In this document: one piece after another, positions 38,431 through 51,750 of the stretch
Position numbering within the stretch: position 1 is the first letter of the stretch
Layout of the letters: the number at the start of each line of letters is the position of its first letter
Source of the DNA: Octopus sinensis
Lineage: Eukaryota
Reading direction: 5' to 3'
Assembly: GCF_006345805.1 (NCBI RefSeq)
Contig: NC_043002.1
Coordinates: 22,692,001 to 22,756,000 of the forward strand
DNA length: 64,000 nt
Notes under the pieces: generated by a model
Database searches by the model: none
The model's input: only the letters and a program-made list of their open reading frames with translations
Told to the model about the DNA's origin: nothing
Translations under genes and position numbers: made by a program

Positions 38431-39037
38431 ATTATTACTAAGGCAGCAGCGCAGATACCTATTGATCATACCACTTATATCTCCCTCTATACTCATCCGT
38501 TATCTCCATCTCTCACCACTCTATTCAATACACAAATACTCGTTTACTATTTTACTGGTTTTTGAGCGATGGACTGCAGCCATGTTGGGTACCACCTTCA
38601 AAGGTTACTTAATCGATTTTTTTTGACCCAAGCACTTATATTTTGTAGAATTTCTTTTACCGATCATTTTGTTTTCATACGGAACCACTATGTTAAACAT
38701 AATCGTAAAGGGTCAAGTACCATTTACAACCAGCAACTGAACATCCACACAAACACACAAACACACACACACACACAAACAAACAAACATACACAAAACA
38801 CACACATTCATGCATATACACATAAATTTATCAATCCACCCATCCACATCCATATGCATACATACATATGTATACATACATACACACATACAGCACGCAT
38901 GTGTCAACAAATAGCGGCCCTCAAATTCCACGCACAAGGCAAATGCAATAACACCAGAAATCATACACCCAAACTACAGTGCAACACTATCCATCCGAAT
39001 CCTGACTATCTGCGCCCAAATATGTCAGCAATTGTGC

Positions 39038-39070
<33 letters not shown>

Positions 39071-39432
39071 CGTGTGTGTGTGTGCAACGTTTGCTTAAAG
39101 GGATATATAATCCTGGCGGTTACCGTGTTTCCTCTTAATTCGGTCTTAGAATCCGGCTAACTACAAAGGTCCTTTTGTGATACTCCAGTTAAACAATAAG
39201 TTGCAAGGCTCGAGTAACTATTCTCGCGAGGTAAATCCGAGTGTCCTGTTAAGGACTGCATAATTACGTAGAGTAAGTAATAGCGTTAATAATGATAAGG
39301 AGAACGGAGATTTTTCGCATCCATTATTTTTATTTAACAGAATCTGTAAATAGGTGTGTATAAAATTATGGATGTAAAAAATCTGTCACACACACACACA
39401 CACACATACACGCACGCACACACACACACACA

Positions 39433-39488
<56 letters not shown>

Positions 39489-39499
39489 GTAACCATATA

Positions 39500-40080
39500 T
39501 CATTGTGAGGTAGGCCGGTTTATGAGGTTACTCTGGGTTTCTCGCTCATAAGGACTTTAGCCTTACGGCGTATCTTCAGACTCCAAACACTGCTGGCCTG
39601 AGACTTCTTTAAAATATGGAGGGAGAAAAACCTCATGTTAAAGCGTAAAACACTAGATGATTATATGTTCCTTTGCCCTTGTCCATCGATCTTCGGCCGC
39701 GCTGCCATAATGCGGTTACCAAAGTACCACGAAGGTAAACGATTGTCTCCCTTCGGCCTTGGCTATTGGTTTCCGGCTGCTGTGCTGCCAAGCGGATTCC
39801 AAAAGGTCAGCAGGAATTTTCTAAAATGCGGGCATGTTCCGAAAATCTCTGTCCTGGAGTTCAGGATGTCCCCTGGCACGAGCGAGTCTTTAAAGATTCT
39901 TATGCACTCGGCCTACCCCACTATAATATTAACTGCTTTACATCTTATAGTGTTATATGTATACATACAATCAAAGGTACAAAGACGACGTACTCCGAGG
40001 GAATTCAAAGAGTAGCATAAACCAAGAGGGTAATCCGTTTTACGAAAATCCAAGAGTTAGATACTCCCAAATCATCGTTG
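39500..40080 (-). mobile_element. Degenerate PLE 3' fragment (GIY-YIG C-terminus)
   Basis: Minus-strand RRLCTFDC... and GDILNSRTEIFGTCPHFRKFLL match the PLE motif LNxRxEhhxxCxHxxKFLL. A hammerhead-like core follows at ~39520-39580. Confidence 0.6.
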
Positions 40081-40139
40081 GAAATACGCGTGAACATGCA
40101 ATGATAGGCAAATTGAAAATTAATAATCAAAAATAATAA

Positions 40140-41390
40140 ATAACAAACCAACAAAAGTCAAAAGGACGTGCACATAGAATGTATTAGCCTGTGACGCTCA
40201 GTATAAGATGGGAAAGGGAGTAGGTGTGTAACGTTTCGAATATGACCCTTCGTCAGAAAGAGGGGAAAGGAAAGGTCCGGAGAAGGAAAAAAATGTCCAA
40301 GAACGAGGGTGGTTATATGGTTGAAATGACCGGAAGTGGAGAGAGATAGTGAAAGTGGTTTTTAAGATAGATGGTGGAAATGGCCAGCGTGCGCGTAGGC
40401 GTGTATCTGTGTGTGTGTGTGTGATAGTATCTGTGTATGTGTTTGTGCTTATGTGAGTGATGTATGCGTAAAGGAGTGGTTTCGAACTGGTTGTCAGCCG
40501 CCGTTCGCTTTAGTGGTGAGAGGCGAGGTGACGAGTGTGTGCGTGAGTGTTGCTGTGTATACGTATGTATTTCTATGTGTACGCATGAGGGTGTGAGAGT
40601 GTGCGTGTAAGAGGTCAGGTGACAAGTGTGTGTGTGTGTGTATGTGTGTGTGTGTGCGTTGGTGTTGCAGGGCGTGTGAGCGCGTGTATGAATGTGCGTA
40701 TGAGTGTATGCGAGAGTGTGTGTATGAGTGTGAATATGTATGTGTGTATGTATGTGTGCGTGTGTTTGTATGTGTATATTTGTGTCTGTCTGTATATATA
40801 TATATGCGTGCGTGTGTGTGCGTGTGTAAATGGATTTTTTTTACATGTCAGGATGTAAAAACGTGTGTGTATGTAAGTGTATGTGTGTGTGTGGTGTGGT
40901 AGGTATTCATGTATGGGGGTAAGGTATTTATGTGGTCATGTAGAAGTGTGTGGAAGATGAATTAAATTTTTTTTTTTTTTTGAAAAAGGTGTAAGATGTT
41001 ACTGAAAGAAGTGACGGCGTCGTGTTTATTCCAAACGGAGTTAGGGTTTGGAAAGAGATGTAGCCCTGTTCAAGGCGAAGTCTTGATGTAAGGCCAAGCT
41101 GAAGATAGTGAGCTATCATGTGGAGCAAAAATGACCGGCAACAGCAATCCTTTTCTACAGACTGGTGTCTCATAGGTGTTCGGTAGATCGGTCGGCATAT
41201 AGACAGTTACAAAAGATACATTGAATGCAATATTCTAGATTAGTCGTGGTGCAGAAGGAGACTCGGATGTGGAGGGTGAGCTCATTTGTTCCAGTGAGTG
41301 GTGATGCCAGGGATGAACGAACAGGGCTCTGGAGCAAGGGAAGGATCGGATCCAGGATGGTTGCGAGTAAGATATATATATATATATATA
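40140..41390 (-). mobile_element. Degenerate PLE 3' fragment (GIY-YIG + tail)
   Basis: Minus-strand SFCTTTNLEYCIQCIFCNCLY...STEHL...VAGHFCS. The tail carries CTGACGAAGGGTCATATTCGAAACGT at 40231-40256. Confidence 0.65.
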
Positions 41391-41736
41391 TATAACTTAT
41401 AAAATAAGGGCAAAAGAAAAATTCTAATGACAAATATGCCGAAAAAAGACAAAATTGTCAATAACCAGTATAATTAATGCGTCTCGAAACAAGCCGATAG
41501 AAGTTTCTAAAAAATCCGTTATTACCGTATTGGTCCCAATTTCAGAGTTAATTCATAAGAATTTTCTCCTCGTCAGCGATAAATACGTAAGACATAAATG
41601 AAATACTTACTCATACCCATGGAAAAAACAAGCACTAAGTCCTGAGCAGACCTAAGTACCCCGCACCAGATTAAGCACATAAATACGAAACAAGGTGGAA
41701 AAAATAGTACTCGAATACCAGAGATAGAGTAATATG

Positions 41737-41908
41737 CTTTATTGAAAAGCAGCAAAAATATCACAAAAACTGTTACTCAGAGTTTCACGTTCACGTTCGT
41801 CGGATAGTTTTATTTAAAATGGTCATTTTAAACAAAACTGTCCGACGAACGGGCACGTGAAACTCTGAGTAACAGTTATTGTGATATTTTTGCTGCTTTT
41901 TAATAAAG
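41737..41908. repeat. Near-perfect palindrome (~85-bp arms, 2-nt loop), each arm with a hammerhead-like motif
   Basis: ctttattgaaaagcagc...taaaatg-gt-cattttaaac...gctgctttttaataaag. Confidence 0.95.
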
Positions 41909-41967
41909 TATATATGTATGTATGTATATGAAGAAGGTTGAAAAGAAACCTTGATATGCATACGGAA

Positions 41968-42273
41968 AATAAGACAAGGTAGAAAATGCTAACATTTTAG
42001 CACCGCTTTCGGTCTTTGCGACTTTTTCAAATTAGCATGAAAAACAATTAAATTGTGGAAAATTTGAATGAAATGTTCTTTTAAAATATATCCTTAGTTT
42101 TCAAATGCAAGGGAAATTTTCCTTTTTTCTGTCTGTCAATCTCTCTTTTTTACTCTTGTGAGGGCTTGGTAGCAGGTCGTAGGTAGTAGCAGTCCTAAAA
42201 GAATATTTGATATGAGTTCTTGGTCTTGATTGTTTAAGCAGCAGTAGTAGCTGAGGAAGGAGGCGGTGACGGT

Positions 42274-42308
<35 letters not shown>

Positions 42309-42732
42309 AGGAGAAGAAGAAGAGGAAGAAGAAGAAGAAGGTGTAGTAAGAAAAGAAGAGAAAGAATAATAAAAATGCGGGAGTGGTATGACAGTAGTAG
42401 GATGTTGGTGGAATCCTCTTAAATGGTCAAGTGACCTAAAAGTGACCTGTTGTAGTCATAACAAAATATTATTTTAGGAATACTATTACCTACTACCTGC
42501 TACCCAGCCCCCACAAGAGTAAAAAAGAGCGAGAGACAGACAGAAAAAAAGGAAAGTGTCACTTGCATTTGAAAACTATGTAAATATTAAAAAAAAAACA
42601 TTTCATTTAATTTTCCCACAATTTAATTGTTTTTCATGCTTTACGCTAAGTTGAAAAAGTCACAAAGACCGAAACCGGTGCTAAAATGTTTTTCATGATA
42701 AAATGATTTTAGCATTTTCTACCTTGTCTTTT
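41968..42732. repeat. Inverted repeat (~170-bp arms at 41968-42140 and 42535-42732) around a (GAA)n spacer
   Basis: aagacaaggtagaaaatgcta...ctgtctgtc is mirrored by gacagacag...tagcattttctaccttgtctt. Confidence 0.85.
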
Positions 42733-42824
42733 CTTTATATCTATATATATAAAGTATTAATAATATATATATATACATACATACACGTGCATGCATATAT
42801 ATATATATATATATAAGACTCTGC

Positions 42825-43135
42825 CGGTTACGACGACGAGGGTCCCAGCTGATACGATCAACGGAACAGCTTGCTCGTGAAATTAACGTGCAAATGGCTG
42901 AGCATTCCACAGACACGTGTACCCTTAACGTAGTTCTCGGGGATAATCAGCGTGACACAGAAGTGACAAGGCTGACCCTTTGAAATAACAAGTACAACTC
43001 ATTTTTGCCAGCTTAGTGGACTGGAGCAACGTGAAATAAAGTGTCTTGCTCAAGGACACAACGCGTCGCCGGGAATCGAACTCACAACCTTACGATCATG
43101 AGCCGAATGCCCTAACCACTAAGCCACGCGCCCTC
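42825..43135 (-). mobile_element. tRNA-derived SINE family C copy
   Basis: Minus-strand head gagggcgcgtggcttagtggttagggcattcggctcatgatc...gagttcgattcccgg. The tail is shared with 16417. Confidence 0.85.
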
Positions 43136-43612
43136 ACATATATATATATATATTATATGTATCTATGTATGTAGGTATGTATGTATGTGTGTGTACAAAT
43201 ATTCAGCAGAAGCAAGAATGATTCAATGGCCGAGGGTTCCGTGCACAAACAAACAAACAAATATGACTGTAAACAATACCTCCGTCTTCGCTAAGACGGA
43301 GGTATATAATAATAAACCGAATAAGGAACGTAACATGGTTTACCACATCTTATGCAAAATACGTTAAGACAAAAATATACTTAAAGTTTTCTTTAATATA
43401 TTAGATAGGCACTTGCCTCAAAACTCTAAATAATACAGTATTTTTAATATATACATTGTTAAATTCTCTTTCTTTTTAACACCTAATGTTGCTATATAAT
43501 GTTAGTATAGAATACTAAATGAATAAGTATAACAAGAACAACACAAACAAAAAAACACAAAATCTCAAATTTACCCTACTAATTTCGTTGGCCCTAAAAT
43601 GGATGAGATTCA

Positions 43613-43696
<84 letters not shown>

Positions 43697-43729
43697 GGAT
43701 GGGATTCTTATTATTATTACCTACTGGGC

Positions 43730-44130
43730 AGACAGCGAACAGGCAAAATCGTTAGCAAGCCGGGCAAAATGCTTAGCGGTATTTCGTCTGCCGTTACGTT
43801 CTGAGTTCAAATTCCGCCGAGGTCGACTTTGCATTTCATCCATTCGGGGTCGATAAATTAAGTACCAGTTACGCACTGGGGTCGATATAATCGACTTAAT
43901 CCGTTTGTCTGCCCTTGTGTGTCCCCTCTGTGTTTGGCTTCTTGTGGGTAGTAAAGAAATAGGTATTTCGTCTGTCCTTACATTCTGAGTTCAAATTCCG
44001 CCGAGGTCGACTTTGCCTTTCATCCTTTCGGGGTCGATAAATTAAGTACCAGTTGAGTAATGGAGGGGGGAGACAATGTAATGGAATTACCCCTTCCACA
44101 GAAGTTGCTGGCCTTGTGCCATAATTTGAA
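43730..44130 (+). mobile_element. SINE family B compound copy (two blocks)
   Basis: Same block architecture as 9243-9862. Confidence 0.85.
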
Positions 44131-44980
44131 ACCGATATATGCAAATATACACAATAAACATGTTACCTATATATATAAATATATATGTACTTTATATATA
44201 TATGGAAATTTAGTTGATCTTTTCCTCTTAGACATGAGCAATACGTTATTTATACTTTTCCTTTTATTTCATAAATAACATAAAAATATTAGTCCTTCCC
44301 GTCTTAAATGCGATAAGAATGTTTTTATAAGAATTTAAGTCTTTATACTGCCAACCAACTTATGTTGATATGTTATATATATATTCCTCTAAAGATCTGG
44401 TGTTTAAGTAACGATTATCGCATAATGTATAAGTATCCGCCAGCAAAACACGTTTAAGGTTATATAGTTCTTGATGTAATAAAAATATTTAAACACATCT
44501 TTTTAATTCTCTTTTCGGATATACACACTAAAGATTATTATTCAATTTGGATATACAAGCATTCACGTGGAGTTATAAACATTGATTGATAGTTATGCTA
44601 TCTCGATCGAAATAACGCAATTTAATGAGATATATAATTGAAAAAAGGCAAACAAACAAACTGAACGGCCTTATTAGATTTTCGGACCTTATTGGCTTCT
44701 CGTCAGATGTGGTTTCATCATTTGACCAATCCAAAAGAAATAAACAACCAATCGGTTTATATACTCAAACAAATTTTGTAGCTTCAAAAAACTGGAGCTA
44801 CTAATTTGCATAGCATAAGTATTTATCCCTTTATTTAATATCAGCTACATGCCAACGGGGAAATCATAGTATCAACTACAAAACGGATGTCGTTCTGCAC
44901 CGCTGGGTACATTGCACCTCCTCGCATTATTGTAGCTTCCGTATGATGCCATCTTCGCTCACACACACACACACATGCAA

Positions 44981-45011
<31 letters not shown>

Positions 45012-45074
45012 ATATATATTATATATTATATATATATATATATATACGGGTGTGTGTGATTGTGTATAGAAGAA

Positions 45075-47077
45075 TATATTAATAAAAGGAATTCCAGCCT
45101 TGTCTGATTTTCACGTTTTATTTACAATCTAATCATGATGTAATATAAGATAGTATAATATAATAGAATAAAATAAAATAGTAGAATGTTAAATGTTCAT
45201 TCTGATTGAACTAGTACTTTCATGTATTAAATTATGCAATCTTCAGGTTCATGTAGTAGTGGTGACAGTTATGCTTCGCAATTTTTGACTGTAGCGAGTT
45301 GGTTAAATCTGTACCTTAAATACACCTGTGTGGGCTCCAGATTGCTAGGTTTTGCAAACTGCATTCTGACCAATCAGTGTGTAGCATCACTCAATTACTT
45401 AAGTTGACTGGTTGGTTTGGGCGTCACGCTTTGATGGACATGTCAAGAGTCCTGTATCTTAACCCTAGGCGAGGCAGCAATTGTGCTATTTTTAGATATG
45501 TTGTAAATAGCCTTTGTCAGAGATTTTTATATTTTTATATTTCAATTGTCATCATCATCATTGTCAGCACCTTAATTATTGTTGCTAGTGGTGATGGTGG
45601 TGGCAATAGAACTTTTAACCCTAAATAAGATAATTTTCCTGCTATCTTCACCTTGATCACCTTTAGTATTGTTGTTGTTGTTAGTGGTCATGGTCGTAGC
45701 AGTAGAAGTAGTACCTCTAAGTATTATTATTATTGCTTATTTAGCTTGGGTTCGAATTTATCAATAAAATTCTTTTCTCTGATTTTCCTCTTGATTTCAC
45801 TTGGGCTGTGTAATTTGTAGAATGGAAATATTATATATATTTTCCGACCACATGTTGCCAGGTGGTTACTCAGAGGTATCTGACGGACCTCTGGGTCTCT
45901 AATCTGTTGTCGGTGTACACGTGAGCGTTCTGATAGTGCATTTCCCGTCTGACCTACATATATTTCTTCACAATTTGGGCATTTGATGCAGTAAATTAAA
46001 TTTCTGCTTTTGCAGTTCATATTCGCGTTTGTGAATATTTTCCCGGTTTTTGTGTTTATATATTGGCCGGTATGTATGAATTGGCATGTGCCACATCGGC
46101 TATCATTGCATTTAGATACAGTGAATGTTTGGTCTTTGTTGCTAAGGTCAAATTTTGCCTTTGTTAGTAATTTTTTCAAGTTTTTAGGCTGTCTTTTACT
46201 AAGAACCATAGCTCGATCCGTGATTATATCTTTTAATTCATTACTTTGAGCAATGATTGGTAGGTTTGCTTTGGCAATGTTGAAGATATTCTGGTGACAT
46301 GGGTTGTGTGTCACTATGAATGGTATGACTTGTTCTTGTTTTCCTCTTTCTTGGGTTGTCCTAAGTTATTGTATGGGTATTTTTATAGCCCGCTGTATGC
46401 CATTTTCTATAAGTAGAGATGGGTATTTTTGTTTGAGCAAAAATTCTCTTAGTTCTGTTAGGCGTTTCTTCCTGATATTTGCATCTTCTACAATGGTACA
46501 AATTCTTCTGGCTAGGCAGTATGGGATGTTGCGTTTTGTATGTGGTGGATGGCACGACTTAAAATTCAGGTATTGATGTGTGTCTGTGTGTTTATAGTAT
46601 ATATCTGTGGTGACGGTAGTGTCCTTTTTAATTACCATTATATCTAGGAATGGTAATTTGGTACTACTCATCTCCTTTGTAAATTGGAGAGATGGGTGTA
46701 GGTTGTTCAGGAGGATATTGAACTCTTCCAGAATATTTAGAGATTCTGTCCAGATTATGGAGCAGTCGTCAAGGTATCTCTTCCATGCCTTTTCAATATA
46801 CTTTCTAAATCCAGTGCCTTAGTTTACCTCCACCTCTTGGTAGAATTGTTGTTCTAAGTATCCCATTACAGAGTTGGCGTAAACAGGAGCAAACCTCGTT
46901 CCCATCGCCTTGCCTCTAATTTGGATATAATTCTTTCCATTGAAGAAGAATGTGTTGTTTTCTAGAATAAGTTTGACTGTGTCTAATATAAATGGCACTG
47001 TGAATCTGCTGGGAGTCACTTCTCTGTTTTTCTAACCAGTATTTAATAAAGGCGATTAAATACTGGTTAGAAAAACA
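45075..47077 (-). mobile_element. Penelope-like element copy 1 (5'-truncated), antisense in the last intron
   Basis: RT (GKAMGTRFAPVYAN, RYLDDC) and GIY-YIG (NLIYCIKCPNCEEIYVGQTG) with internal stops. The ~650-bp 3' region is shared with copy 2. Confidence 0.95.
45207..45251 (-). ncRNA. Minimal type-I hammerhead-like motif in the PLE 3' region (copy 1)
   Basis: tgaac-CTGAAGA-ttgcataatttaatacat-GAAA-GTAC-TA-gttca: 5-bp stem I and palindromic stem III AGTACT. Confidence 0.65.
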
Positions 47078-47129
47078 TATTATATGGTTTCAATTTCAAT
47101 TACTTTCAATATGTATTTATACACTTTTG

Positions 47130-47161
<32 letters not shown>

Positions 47162-48489
47162 TGTATGTATGCATGTATGTATGTATGTATGTATGCATGC
47201 ATGCATGTATGTATGCATGTATCGACATCTTTGTAAGTGACATCTTTTACCCTCACCGCCACCACAACGACGATGACGTCACATTTTTGTATATGAGTGT
47301 GTTCGCGTGTTCCTTACGTACGTTAGGCCAGTGACTGATAAGTATATGTGTGTGACGGTGTTTGTACCTATTAGTACACATACATGTTTGCAACGACTGA
47401 CACACACATCTAAAGCACAGACAGACACACGCAAGAACAGAGATAGATTTGAGGTTTGCGTTAATGTATGTCTGTGTGTGTGTGTTAGTATATGAATGTA
47501 ACTTTACCCCACACCCAACAGTAAAACTCACTGATATTGAAACTTATAACGATCAGGTTTCATTAGAAAATAAAAATAGTTTTACGCTTTCAATTTGAAC
47601 CAGAATTACAATGTTGCTTTATATCTATCTACAAATAAACTATGGCTTTCTCTCAATAACTCTTTTCTGCAACTAAAATAACCTCGGCATCTACGTTGGG
47701 TTGCACAATTTGTGAGGTCATTTTCGGAAAATATTTCAATTTGCTTCTAATGTTTCACTTTCGTCCGATGATTCACGCATGCGTAGAATTCGACCCAGAT
47801 AAACATTTATTAAATTGTACGCATAAATATTGTATTAAAATAAGCCACAACCAAAAAATTTGCATTAAAAGACATCCATTTCCCTATGTTATGAGGAAAT
47901 ACAATCGCTTTCTCGCGCGCGCACACAAAAATGTATGCATATGTATTTCTGTCTGAAGGTAAAGAATACGCACACCCGGTGTTTAGGGCTAGGGTTGCAC
48001 CGAAAACGGGTGGAGTAGGTATTCTTTACCTCGGCCTATTTATATATGTGTATATGAATGATGTGTGTGTGTGAGGGAGAGAAATGGAGAGAGTGAGAGA
48101 GAGAGAGAGAGCGAGTGACGCTTACACACACATGCAAAAAATTCATACATCACAACACACACCTTCACTCACTCTCTCTCTTTTTCTCTCCCTCTCTTAC
48201 ACACACCTCCATTTGATATACACGTACATTTTTCCCCTTTCTCCTCTCTTTTACTTTCTCTTCTCACTTCAAAGCAAATGTCGCTTTTTCTCTTTACCCT
48301 CTCTTTCAATTTCTTCTCTCTTCAAAGCATATATAAATTTTTTAAATTTTACGGAAATTAACGAACAATTATATGATCCCATATATATCGAGTTGACAAC
48401 TTTGTTTCTTCTAGCAAAAGAATGCCATAAAATAGCTTCCTTTGACACACACACACACGCATGCACACACTCTAGGTAAAACTTCTGTG

Positions 48490-49417
48490 CCAATTACGTT
48501 ATTTTTCGCGGTGTGCATGCGCAAATTTAAAGCTCAAATGCAATTGAAATTATCTTTTTCTTTTGTGTAATTAGTGTTTGTGATGGGCGTATTTAATAAC
48601 CTCATCTTCGATATAAATTTAAAAGGAAGTTTTCCCAGAAATCCTCCCCTTTACCTCTTCTTTTTAGCATGTCCAAGGTGACATTTCTTCTCCCTCACTT
48701 TATTTTTTAACCTAAACGTCTTCGGATTCCTATGTTTGGGATAGAGAGCGTTAATATTTCACCCACAAAATACATTCTCAATATTTTGATTTTGTCCCTC
48801 TCCACACCAAATTCATTTTTTTACTTTTTTCAAATATTTTTCTTCGCAATCCATGGAGTAAAAAACAGAGGGTATGAATCTTTAAGAATTTTACCCATCA
48901 CCTCAACACTTTCAAAAAGCTACACACCCCCAATTTTTCACTGTAAGCTTTTGGGAAACCAGGGAAGTTTCTTCAAAAATAATGTTGTTTACCTGTTGTT
49001 TCTAGCAGGTCATGTTTTCTGGCGGTGGTCTGGTATCTTTTAAGATTGCTATTTCGGTAGAATTCTATGCATGTGGGAAACATCAGACAAAAGTGAAAAA
49101 GAGTAGGTGATGGGTGAGCGAAGTGGGGGAAGGGGCATTGAGTGTTTCTTTAAGAAAAATTAAACTATAAAAAATATATGTATTTCCCAGATTCATAATT
49201 TCTGTATTTTTCTACGTAAATAACAGTAAAAAAAAAAAAAATCGAAAAAGTTACAAATTATGAAATTGCGGTAAGGATGGGGGGAAAATTAAAATTCTGA
49301 AAACGTAATTTCTTGACAAAATCGTATTAACCCCATTTTATACGATGAAACAATACATAGTTTGTGATCCGTGCCTGTAGGTCAGAACATCCGGGCAACG
49401 CTGGGATGCATTGCTAG
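48490..49417 (+). mobile_element. Helitron-like element (3' end clear, 5' boundary uncertain)
   Basis: Ends ccgggcaacgctgggatgcattgCTAG-T. Confidence 0.5.
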
Positions 49418-49437
49418 TGTATATGTATGTGTGTGTG

Positions 49438-49473
<36 letters not shown>

Positions 49474-49595
49474 CACCGTGATAACCGTGACCGACCAGAC
49501 TATCAGATGTTGCTACACATCGCTGGTCACAATGCGCTTCGCATTGTTTTTTAGCCTTCAAATGACGCCACCCCGCTGGCTAAGCGAGCAGGCCA

Positions 49596-49630
<35 letters not shown>

Positions 49631-50173
49631 CACACACATATATATATACGTATGTATATGTATATATATGCATATATATATATGCGTATATATGTATATG
49701 TATGTATAGATATATGTATATATGTGTATATATATGTAAATATACATATATATGTGTGTAGAAAGAAGACTGTCGTATACATGTGCGTATTTGTGTGTGT
49801 GTGTTTGTACCCCTGCCATTGCCTGACAACCGATGTTGTTGTTTTTACGTTCCTATAACCAAGCGGTTCGACAAAAGTCGCTGATAGAAAACGTACTATC
49901 TTACAAAGAATAAACCGTATGGTCGATTATTTCGACCAAGGGCGGTGCTCCAGCATGGCCGCAGTCACATGACTGAAACAAGTAAAACAATAAAAAAAAC
50001 TATGCCATTTTAACTGTGCCATATATATATTTATAAATGCATATATACATATGCATATATTATAGTATATATATATGTATGTATGCATATATATGATATA
50101 TATAATATATATGCATATATATATATATAATGCATATATATGCATATATATATGCATATATATATATATACAC

Positions 50174-50207
<34 letters not shown>

Positions 50208-50214
50208 GTGAAAG

Positions 50215-50399
50215 GGAGGATGTGTGGTAAGTAGCTTGCTTACCAACCACATGGTTACGGGTTCAGTCTCACTGCGTCGCACCATGGGTAAGTGTCTTCT
50301 ACTATAACCTCGGGATGACCAAAGCCTTGTGAGTGGATTTGGTAGACGGAAACTGGAAGAAGCCTGTCGTGTGGTCGTGTGGATGTGTGTGTGTGCGTG

Positions 50400-50439
<40 letters not shown>

Positions 50440-50650
50440 ACTGTGTTTGTTCCCCAGCATCGGCTGATAACTGATGCTAGTGTATTTAAGTCCCCTATAA
50501 CTTAGCAGTTCGGAAAAAAGATTCATTATGTACTAGGGTTTCATTAAGTACTAGGCTTACAAAGAATAAGTCCTGTGGTCGATTTGCTCGAGTGAAGTCG
50601 ATGCTCCAGCATGGTCGTAGTCAAATGACTGAAACAAATAAAACGATAAA
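50215..50650 (+). mobile_element. SINE family A copy
   Basis: atgtgtggtaagtagcttgcttaccaaccacatggttacgggttcagtc...atgactgaaacaaataaaac. Confidence 0.85.
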
Positions 50651-50708
50651 AAAACTATGCCATTTTAATCCCGAGCAAGGCCAGGTACCTCTGCTATATA
50701 TATATACA

Positions 50709-51750
50709 TTGGGTTGTTCGGAAAGTTCGTGCCGATTTATAGTAGCATACCTTTCGAACATGGTTGAGTCCATAAAATAGGATTTGACTACACCTCCATG
50801 TAAGAAGATTTATGTTCCTATCACCTGTGTTAATTCTGTAACCCTTTAAAATGGAAGATAAAAAAGTTTTCGGCACTTGATGCTTTTCTTTAACCGTAAA
50901 GGGGAAAATGCCTCACAAGCAACCAAAGAAATATGCTCAGTTTATGGTGATGTTTCTTTATCCGAAAGAACTGTACGGAAGTGGTTTGCAAGGCTCCGAG
51001 TTGAGATTGTAGCCTTATTGATAAAGAGCTGTCAGGCAGAGCATCTACTACAGATGATGACCAAATCAAGTCATTAATTGAGAATAATCCACATTGCGCA
51101 ACCCGAGAATTGGCAGAAAGCCTCAACCTATCAAAATCCGTCGTTCATGAGCACCTGGTAAAGCTTGGGTACACAAATCGCTACGATGTTTGGGTACCAC
51201 ATGAGTTGAGTGAGAAGAGCCCTAAAAATGTCTTGCTTTGTGTCTGGTGGGATTGGAAAGGAATTCTGTACTATGAGCTTCTCCCAAGTAAGCAGACAAA
51301 TAATTCTGAGAAATACTGCACACAACTGGACGAGTTAAAAGCAGCAATTCAAGAGAAACGTCCAGAATTGGCTAACAGGAAGGGTGTTGTTTTCCAACAT
51401 GATAATACAAGACCGCATGTTTCTTTGGGAACCAGACAAAATTGCTGCTGCTCGGTTTGGATGAGTTACCCGACAGTCCATATTCACCAGATAGTGCTCC
51501 TTCGGATTTCCACTTATTCAGGTCACTGCAGAATAGTCTTAAAAATTTCAATTCCTTGGATGACGTAAAAAGATACCTTGTGAATTATTTGCCATGAAAC
51601 CACCTCAATTCTGGGCAAAGGGTATTTTCAAGTTAAAGGAAAGATAGAGACGCATTGTACAACAAAATGGTTCATATTTGGCTTATTAAAAATGTAATGG
51701 CAAGTATTTATTGACCTTTTTTCTTTTCTTTCAAATTCGGCACGTTTTCG
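50709..51750 (+). mobile_element. mariner (DD34D-type) transposon relic
   Basis: TIR ttgggttgttcggaaagttcgtgccgattt. Peptides ..KGENASQATKEICSVYG..W, LLCVWWDWKGILYYELL, FQHDNTRPH and YSPDSAPSDFHLF, with frameshifts and a deletion. Confidence 0.9.

Noticed and set aside
44678-44706. Minus-strand CTGACGA...GAAA
   Set aside because: Stem II is poorly paired and there is no stem III or stem I; may be chance or decayed.
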